Assembly (NCBI GenBank): GCA_002269645.1
Contig: NIVC01000365.1
Span: forward strand, 496,001-560,000
Origin: Macrostomum lignano
Lineage: Eukaryota
Length of the DNA: 64,000 bases
Reading direction: 5' to 3'
Both the position numbers and the translations under genes were made by a program. The notes below the pieces were generated by a model. It saw only the letters and a list, made by a program, of their open reading frames with translations, made no database searches and was not told the origin of the DNA. Positions 48,201-64,000 of this stretch are shown here, piece by piece. Numbering within the stretch: position 1 is the first letter of the stretch; each line of letters begins with the position of its first letter.

Positions 48201-51200
48201 CAAGATGAAGATTGAAGCAATCCAAACTTGGCCCCGTCCCAAAGACGTAAAAGAACTATGCAGTTTTCTTGGCCTATGCAATTATTATTGCCGATTTGTA
48301 AAGAATTATGCCGAAGTGGCTTACCCCCTATTCCAATTGACTCGAAAAGGAGTTGAGAATTTCCAATCTAAGTGGAGCAAAGTGCATGACGAAGCCTTTG
48401 AGTCCCTAAAGCAATGAATGATGTCTACTGAAGTATTAGCATACCCCGAATATGTCAATGATGAGAATGTGAAGATGGTGCTTGAAACAGATGCCAGTGA
48501 CGACAGGATTGGCACATGCCTTGGCCAAATCCAGAGTGATGGCATAGAGCGACCAATAGCCTATTTTAGTAGAGCAATGAAGGAATCAGAGAAGCGTTAC
48601 CCCATTACTCGGAAAGAATTGTTAGCCCTTGTCGACGCTATAAGGCATTTCAGATTTTATCTGATCGGCAAGAAATTCTTAGCCCGAACTGATCATAAAG
48701 CAATAATTTGGCTCATGAGACAGACTGAAGCAACCGGAATCCTAGGTAGATAGATAGAGCATCTGAACGAATTCAGGTTCGACATTGAACACAGAAGCGG
48801 CGCAAAGCATTCCAATGCCGACGGATTGTCGCGAAGACTAGCTGAGATAGCTGAAGCCCCTGAAATATCCCCTGAAGCAGCCCCTGAACTTGCTGAAATA
48901 GCATCTGAAGTTTTTGAAGTCCCTGACGCAGCCCCTGAGCCTGCTGAAGCGATCCCTGAAGCCCCTGAAGCATTTGAAGAAAATTTTGAGAAAATTGAGC
49001 CAATCCCTGAGAAAGTTAAGAAGTTGACCCCTGTTCCCCTGAGAGATGAGAGTGCTCCCGTTGAAACTAAGGACAACCCCATGTCCCAGTCACCTAAAGC
49101 CCTGACAGAAAGCGAGACCCAGCCTGAATATCCCGAATCTAGGATACAGCTGAATGTCTCAGGCAGAGATGAAAGTAAAGAAGAGACAGGAAAGTGTGAG
49201 AAACTGTTAACTGATTACCTTCCCAGCCCTCTGAAGAAAGAACAGATTCGAGAAGCCCAAGCTGCTGACCCCATCATTAAAGCTCTATTAGAAGCCAACA
49301 ATCAGAAACTGAGCCAACTCCCCAAATCACCGGACATGCCCGAGAAAATTAGTAAACACTTCGAAGCCATGAAAATTGATAATGATCTGTTAACAATTGC
49401 CGAAGACAGAAAAAACAAAGTAGTTTTGCCCCCATCCCTAGACAAAGCAGTCTTTACTAACTTACACTGCAGCCCCCTCACAGGACATCTAGGAAGAGAT
49501 AAACAGTCCAAAGAATCAGAGAAAGATTTTGGCGACCCGGACTAAGCACTTCAGTCGAGCAATTAATTGCTGATTGCATCCCCTGCCTTGAGAGCAAGAA
49601 AGGACATTTTGTCCAGGCCCCAGTCCAGTCATTCCCTATTGGTGAAGCATTTAGCCGCCTGCATATAGACATTATCGGCCCAATCTCAAAAGAAAGCAAA
49701 TGAGGTCACAAATACATTCTGACAGTTGTAGATAGTACCACTCGATATCCATTCGCTTTTCCCATCAGAAATCAAAAATCAGATACAGTCATCAAGATAC
49801 TACTCGAGCGAATAGTAGCAGAATATGGATAGCCCATCTGGATCCACATAGACAATGGAAAAATCTTCGCTAGTAAACAATTTAAAGCTTTCTGCGAACT
49901 TTATAATATTTGCCACACCTTTACTACCCCATACCATGCCCAATCTAACGGACTAGTAGAAAGATTTAATAAGCAAGTAAAGTCAATCATCACCTGCCTG
50001 ATCAATAAGGATCACGGTGATTAGGACTTACTGATTCCCGCAGCCCTAGTAGCCGTTCGCACCAGCCCCAATGTAACAACAGGATTTTCCCCGCACTTTC
50101 TACTATTTGGAAGAGAAGCTACTCTACCCTTAGATACTCAAATTAGAAGCGCAGCCGAACACGCAGATTATCCCGCCTACATTACTAAGCATGCTGAAGA
50201 TTAGAGGAAGCCCATAAGATAGTCAAGAAAAAATTAGAAAAAGTAGTACAGAAAAGACAGACCGCTGCTGAAACTAATAAACTTCCCCCTAGAGTCCCCA
50301 TAGGTTGTTTAGTTTTAATTAATAACCCCCAGCTAGATAGCAAAGAATCCCACAAGTTTCATCGAAAGAAGAGATCCGCCTTCAGAGTTCTAGCCCAATT
50401 ATCAGAAGTAGTCTTCAAAGTCCAGAAAGAAGAAGAAGGAGAATTAGTAGGAAAAGAAATGCTTGTGCATCGAGACAATTTAGCTCCAATTCCAAATTCA
50501 ACTACAGAACAAATCATTAAGGAAGGCCAGCGAGATGCCCCTGATTCCGCCCCTAATTCCGCCCCTGTTCTAATTCCCACTCCTGCTCCAATTCCCGCCT
50601 CTACTAAACCTAAGAGACAACCTGTAATTAAGGAAGGCCAACCCCGCCGAAATTCCCAAAAACTAATCTTGCCCGAACCAGTTGAATCTGAAGAAGAATC
50701 CGATGAGGAAGACATGAATTGGAGATGCCAAATTAGAGACGCAGAGAATGAAGAGGTAGAAGAAGACAATGAAGCTCAGCTAGAAGAATGGAATGAAGCC
50801 CAGACAGAGGAAGAAAATGAAATGACCGATGAGTCAGAGAGTGAGGCCCCGAACGAAGAAATCCCTGAGCCCCAACCTCCCTCTCCTGCCCTGCGAGATC
50901 CCAAACCCCCGCGCCGTCACCCTTACAATTTAAGGCCCCCACCCCAAAATAAACAGCGTTGCAACTGCCATCTAGACAGACTACTATTAGCACTAAACCT
51001 CTTGCGCAACTTAGAATTTTAGCCCGTCTACACCTTCCTACCCCTCCCTCGCCGTCCCCATTTGCCCAACAGACTCCAAATTTTAGACAAAGAAAGCCCT
51101 CGACTAGACCCCTGCTATGCACAAATAACCCTTTAAAATATCGATCGACAGAGAAATTAGAGCCCAAAGAACATAGAAAATGAGGTGGGTTACAAAAACA

Positions 51201-51425
51201 AAGGGATCCTCTCTATCTGTGAACAAGAGTCGATAAATAAATGCAAATTTGAGCCGTTGCACAACCAGATCCCAAAACCTCCCGTTTCCTGAAATTCCCG
51301 CCTCTTGCTCTATTCAATACTGTCAAGCCCGACTTTTAGTTCTTCAATACTGTCAAGCCAACTTTTAATTGTTTAATATCCAAGTGATATTTAAACCCTA
51401 AGCTGCTTTAATAGACAGCCTGCCA

Positions 51426-52394
51426 ATGTACTCAGAAGAAAGCCTCAAGCAATTAGAGGATGACCTCCACCTCAGCGATTCTGACACTGATGAGTTCAAT
51501 GATGAGTCAGACGATGACTTGCCTGTCCCAGATCGCCAGCCAACAAAACCAAGTAAGCCCGGTCCAAAGCCCTGAATCGCCTCGGTTGTCACCCATCCAC
51601 TGCCGCCATCCACCTCAGACACCCATCCTTCGCCACCGCCTACATCAGCCGTTCACCTATCATCTGCCCGAGAAGAGAGAATTAAATTGCTCAAACGTCA
51701 CGCCAACGCTCCTGTCACTGTCTCCCCGGCCATCATTTAGCGCCAACCCCCTGACGCCTGGTCAGCGATTGTATTGACGACGAACGAAGCCCCTCGGCCA
51801 CCAATACGCCAGAGATTAGGCCCCCATCCTTCATCAACGCAGACAGAGCCTCATCCTCGCTCCTGATCTCCACCAAGGCAGCCTGAGAAGCCACTAGTAA
51901 CCCTGCCACCGACGTACGGAGTTTGTTCTATGAATCAGCCACACCCTCGCAATATGCCGCCGATCAAGATAGAGCCACTAGACTCTGGCGTGCCACCTCT
52001 GATGGCAGGATTTGTCCGGCAAGGTCAGCCGCTGCAAGAAATCGGCAGAAACTTTACTCAAGCCATTGAGAGCCTGCCCAAAGCTCAACGTGCTGATTTT
52101 CGCTGCCTGATTATGGCTATGAAGCTTTACCTGATTCATGCCGGAAAATTTCGTGACGGCCGAGAGTTTCCTCAGCGTGAGACTCTGCAACCAGTACTAA
52201 ATAATTTGCGCCAGCTACCACCAGTACACGCGGTTGCCGCCTGGAGGCCCGCAGTGCATTATGCGCTGTCTGACCTTTGCCGCGGACCACGCCAATTCAA
52301 CGAAGCAAGTCTGCAGATCAAAATCCGCTGGCTCAGCCAGGAATGTGGCTGGCCGCATCGCCACCGACTGCCCGGCAAATTCAATATGTTTTAG
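51426..52394 (+). pseudogene. Additional ORF of Gypsy B, function unknown
   Basis: 323-codon frame from ATG 51426 with three in-frame stops (TGA, TAG, TGA), each one C>T away from a sense codon; acidic/Pro-rich N-half and helical-looking C-half. Confidence 0.65.
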
Positions 52395-52817
52395 TAACTG
52401 ATAACATTTGCATTTTAATACTTCCATTATTTTTCTGTTCTATTTTTTTGCTCGTCTATACGTATTTTTGAAAATTTTCACTATGCATTCAAATTTTTCA
52501 AGTCAGGAAGGCCAGTTGTAAGAGTCACTTTTCTTTTTGCCGATTATTTTACGTATATTGCCTTAATAAAATACAACTATTTTTCTAAATCGCCAAAAAC
52601 ATCATTGTGCCTGCATAAATAAATCTTTTATATAGTTAATAGTAACTCTTAGTATTGTTTAGTAGCTCAAAGTATAACCTAGTGCTTTTATTAGTTTTAA
52701 TGCATATGCCATTTTTGCTATATTTTGTATATAAGCGAAAGAATAAACTGAAAGAGGAGCATCTTCTTTTGCTGCCTGGCTTGACTTGTCTGGTCTTGCC
52801 TTCGACCTCCTCCAGCC

Positions 52818-52997
52818 CAGTGGCGCAACCAGGGGGGGGGCGGTCGCCCCCCCTTAGGCGGGGGACCGAAAAAAAATCAAAGGGGGGACCAAGCGAATTT
52901 TCGCCAAAAACAGAGCCACCCCTCCGCCGCCCCCCCTCCCGGGACTTTACCCTCAGAATCCGCCCCCCCCCTTGAAAAATTTCTGGTTGCGCTACTG
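52818..52997. mobile_element. 180-bp hAT-type MITE inserted in the Gypsy B LTR
   Basis: TIR CAGTGGCGCAACCAG / CTGGTTGCGCTACTG with a perfect 8-bp TSD CTCCAGCC; related ends at ~8451-8466 and ~55690. Confidence 0.9.
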
Positions 52998-54700
52998 CTC
53001 CAGCCTATCTATAATTGAGGCTTTGTAACTGAACATTGTTCTATAAATAGATCGGAATTGGTCTTAGTCATTTAAAAGTGTTCTGTCTTCCTTCTCCTAA
53101 GGAGCCTTGAGTATCCAGCAATTCTCTTCCCCGTTCTCCCCAGGACGTACAGTCCTGCCCGAGCAATCGCTCAACCCCCCCCTCTTCCCCCAATAGAACA
53201 GGCGTTTCCTTTCTATTCCCTTCCCCTTTTGTAGACACTTTGTCTACACAGGTGTACAGCCTTATTCCCTCAGACTTACAGTCTGATCCTTGCCTATCTC
53301 CCATATCTATTAGGCATACTGCCTTCTTACCGAAAGCGATATTAGATGCTCTGCCTACTCATGCTAGCATACCCTATTAGTTATTAGAAATTCCCCATTA
53401 GTGCGCCAGTTTCCTAGGCAACTCTGATCTATTGCGAAGCCCTTACTCCCCCCCCCTTACTAAATACTCAGACTAAATAGAGATATAATGTCTTGCCGCT
53501 CGGACACACCACGCCACCAGGAGCAACCTACGGCTTATTCCTGTCAGTAGTAGAATTTGCATCTTTCTTTATTCCCCAATTAAATCCCTTGTGATAATTT
53601 GATAGAATAGGAGTCAGTAATCTCACCCTACAACAGATTTTAGTGATATCAGTGAGATCCTAATAGATTACCCAGGAGACCTGTGACAGTATATTTAAAC
53701 AAAAGGCTATTATTCGAGAATATTTAGAAAAGTAAAACAACATATAAAATTTTATGCGTACATTTGAATTAAAAGCTTTTCTAGGAAACCCTACCACATT
53801 ATAATAGCTTGAAATTTCATATTATCAAATATAGAATCCAAGAGAACATACCTAAAATTTTAATACCTTGAAACAAATATGCTTAAAAGTTAAAGCTTAG
53901 CATTAATTAGAAAACATATTTATAATGGTCATTTTCAAGTTTATAGGCCCTAGACTCTAAGCCTAAGCTCAAAATTTTATAAGCTCAAAGCTTCATCTTT
54001 TGGCATGGGTTTCATAAAATCAGGATTTCAGAGGCTTCAAATTTTAGTCTTTTTAATGCTTTTCTTTTTTTACTTTAAAATTTATCAAACTGTATGCACT
54101 AAAAGTAAAACTAAATGCACTTAGGGGCCTACTACAATCTTACTTTGGCCTTTATACTAAAATTCTAGCTAGTATGGTAGAACTTCTATAGTAAAAATAA
54201 AAATAAAGACTGACAGTGACGTGAAAGTATAATAGGCCTAAAATAAAGCCACTAAGTAAGATTAGGAATATTCTCAAGATATGATGGTCGATTTATTAGG
54301 CATACCACCTAGTCGCTAGTCCTAGTACAGATCATTATCACTGCGAAGACCAATTAATGGAATCTAACTCACTCCTCAATATTGTATTGCCTAGATCCAA
54401 TATACAAAAATGTTTTTTTTATATATTATCTTATAAGAAGAGAAGTTGGATAGATTAGAAATGTTTTTTAAGAGTTAGGCCCTAAAGAAGTTAAATATTC
54501 GAGTACACAATCCTAAATCTTTCTTCAATTAAAACAAACGGAGATAACAATAATATATAATGCACACTATATATTGGCTTGAAAAGCAGGACCATTTAAA
54601 AGATTTTAAGTTTATTCGCTATAAAAACGCTATCGAGCTACATCGCCAAATTTGTTTTTTGAAAGCACAATGCTAGGACTTTTGCCAATTTAGTAGCCTT

Positions 54701-55605
54701 TAGGGATTGCAATCCCGGGATCCCGAGACACTTTTTGGCCTGAAGGGATCCTGGGATTAGGGCTCGGGATTCCAGGATTGGAAACTTTTTTGATAAAGTG
54801 GGTGATATCCCGGAAATATCAAAATGTTCGTAATTTAAATGCGTTACACAAGTAAACATTCGCGCGTCGTGATCGTGAGTCGTGACGTGACTCTCGATTC
54901 TCGAATCGTGACGTGATACAATACAAATTATACAATACATACAATACATGCGAGTCTCAAACTTGTGTTGTGTTTGTGTATTTGACTACTTGTGTTACTT
55001 GTGTAGCTTGTGAAGTTGCTGTGTAACTTGTGTCATGTACATAAAAGCATTGAAAAATGACTCATTGACGTCTGCTGGGAGTTCAACGCATTTACTGAAA
55101 TCAGCCTGCATGTACATGTACTTCTACAGGCTTTGGAAGGAAACAAAAGCATGCCTAACTGCCTTGGGCATCGGACCTTGAGTCAAAGGCAATTTGTAAA
55201 ACAAACTTGAGGTCGGACGAGCAGAAAATTTTGGTCGAGCGTGAAATTTCGTGAAATTTTCAAAGTCAGGCGTGATCGTGAATTTATACATGTATACATG
55301 TATTACGAGAGTTACAAGTGTAGAAAATAACAAAACAAGAAAAGAAACCATTATATATTAGATAATAGATACTCGGTAATGCTGTCAAGTCGAGAAATAT
55401 AAAATGTATTACTGCTTTACACATTTGTGTTCGTAAAATTTAGTAAAATCAAATAGAAAAGTTATTACTTTTAAAAAACGTTTTAAAAAGCGGGTTTTCT
55501 GGCATTCTATCGGCAGAAATGTTTAAAATGTCAATCCCGGGATTGGGTCCGGGATCCCGGGATTGAGTCATTGCTTCGTCCGGGATCCCGGGATTGCAAT
55601 CCCTA
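54701..55605. mobile_element. hAT-type non-autonomous element, young copy
   Basis: TIR TAGGGATTGCAATCCCGGGATCCCG with a perfect 8-bp TSD GTAGCCTT (54693-54700, 55606-55613). Confidence 0.93.
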
Positions 55606-57448
55606 GTAGCCTTTAGCTTAGCTTTGCTACGGGCTGCTGGGCAAAATACAAATTTGGCAGAATGAAAAGTGAATACTATGCCATTTGGCATTGCGCAACC
55701 AGAAATTTCTTAAGGGAAATTAAGGGGGTTGCATGGGGCTGTCTGTTGTTTAGAATAAAAAGCAAGATCTGGGAAGGGGAGGAGTTTTCGTCCCCTTCCC
55801 TCCCGAATGAAATATTTTATTCTTCCCGAATTCCCGAATGGGGCGCGACACATGCCACGACCCGTTCCACATTCATGGTATAATAATTTGTGTCGTTTTT
55901 AAGATTTCAATGGTCATTTTGGGGGCTCTCAGAATCTGGATTATTTATATGAGTTTATGCCCCTTGACATGATCAGGGACAAAATGTTTTGCAAACTGGA
56001 TGTATAGCGTTTTGAGTGAACGCAAAATATTAGTCATGTCCTGGAATCATATAGTATGGCCAAAAATACCTTGAACTCGTTTTTTTGGCTGCACCAGCGG
56101 AGAAAAACGTTTTCAGTCAGACTGAACGTGCGGTCACAGCTAAATTAATCAACCGGAGGATATTTATACTTCTTATAAACCGTTGCTTTCGTGAGCAAAT
56201 TTCTCGCTATCAAACTTTGTAGACCCTTTTCATCTAGGCATCCTGAACTGCACATGCATTCCAATTCAAAGTCTCAAAGTCAAGTTCATGAACTCCAGAA
56301 AAGTCCAATTTTATATATTATACCCTGTTGCGAACTCTATACATGCTATTAAAATGTGAAGCTCTCCTTTGCCCCCTGTGTTTGCTTTCTGCAAGATTGG
56401 ATTACCAGATGTTGAGAGAAGGTTCAGCAAAAGAATCGTTTCAAGTCGCCATGCGCTCTTAGATTGAAACCGTGGACAGTTCTCTGACCTCCGCACGTCA
56501 AGGGGGGCTGCTCCGCACTTGGATTGCTTGGATACTAAAAGAAAGCCTCGATTCGGTCAAATTTCTGTCTTCCAACCTCCGCCATTGCGCTCAAAACTGC
56601 AAGTCTAAAGTATCCGAAAACAATTTGAAAATTGATCAGCTACGCTGCCAGTGCTTGGGCTGAGCGATTGATTTTCTTCGCCGTTTCGTAGTGGAGCAAA
56701 GTTGGAAACGCGGATCGAGTCCTCTCCGCCAGCAACTGTTGCTCTTCGTTGGACTCGTGTTGGGGTTCTCCGACCCCCCCCCCCAACTCAGTCGTCTCCC
56801 AAATGCGGACGCCGCCCGAGTCCAGTCAGCTCAAAACCCCACCCCTTTTGCATGAGTCGACCGCGGGGTGAGGAATCGGAACTGGGAGGAGAGACCTGGG
56901 GAAGCGGGGAGTCGCTGGCGTGCAGAATAAAACCCCCCAGACTGACTCTTGCTTCCGCTAATTTCCTGTTATGGCGCGGCCTGAACTGCCTTGGCTCTGA
57001 CGGACTCGCAAGGTAAGCAAGCGGAAGCGCCGCCACTATCGCAAAATACATTGAAAATCACTGCAGACAGCCTGGTTGAGCTGCCGTGCCGCTGGCTCTC
57101 TCTGCCAACACTTTCGAGCAATTTTGCGTTGATTGCCTCGCAACGCAGAATGCAAATCATTCCCAGGCCTGAAAGGCGCGCTCCACTTGCTGAGTCTCCA
57201 TATTAGCTGCACCATGCAGTCTGATTTCAGCAGCGGGCGTATCAAGGCCGTTCACGCGGAACAGTCCCTCAGACCACACTGCAGCTATAAACAGAGGCCC
57301 TTGCTCGATTGCACCTGCACTAACACCTCAGTGTATAAAACGCCTTCTGCTCGGCTACAACACCCTACGCCTAGAAAAGCTACACTTCATTCGCTTCTCT
57401 TTCTCTTAACTTTAATTTGTAGAAGCCGAGAAGTTCGCACCAACTGAC

Positions 57449-64000
<6,552 letters not shown>

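Larger units (their letters stand above)
45227..53632 (+). mobile_element. Degenerate Gypsy LTR retrotransposon B: 5'-truncated, with gag, pro, RT, RNase H, integrase, an extra 3' ORF and a probable 3' LTR at 52517-53632
   Basis: Gag with 27-bp QQQYRQPNP repeats, protease LLDIGA, RT YIDD (~48035), RNase H ETDAS, integrase [15 protein letters not shown] and a YNLR tail; many stops and frameshifts. Purine tract AGGAAGGCCAGT precedes TGTAAG; TATAAATA at 53042; end ..CTACA. Confidence 0.88.

Noticed and set aside
50459-51022. Separate acidic gene or env
   Set aside because: It reads as the C-terminal tail of Gypsy B pol (ends with a typical YNLR motif) and has no signal peptide or TM segment

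Overview
This is eukaryotic (animal) genomic DNA, not prokaryotic. It has GC-rich exons, GT/GC-AG introns mostly filled by intron-specific minisatellites, and AT-rich intergenic tracts full of decayed transposons. That architecture suggests a flatworm such as Macrostomum, which is an inference not confirmed here. Genes reconstructed by splice-phase matching: a partial minus-strand gene at the left edge, THUMPD1, CACYBP, CCDC93, VWA3A, a GPI-anchored Ly6/three-finger protein, a candidate secreted protein of ~28 x (EWSSHGSSSGGGGK), a C2H2 zinc-finger gene and a long disordered LIM-domain protein running off the right edge. Mobile DNA: a fused Gypsy(-)/mariner(+)/Gypsy(+) block at 40.6-53.6 kb, two long-TIR Tc1/mariner derivatives, and several MITEs with verifiable target-site duplications. 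The best leads are the secreted Gly/Ser/His/Trp repeat protein, the extra ORF in the second Gypsy element, the three-element junction, AP-1-site minisatellite arrays, and an operon-like minus-strand gene cluster. All homology calls come from recalled family motifs; no database search was run.
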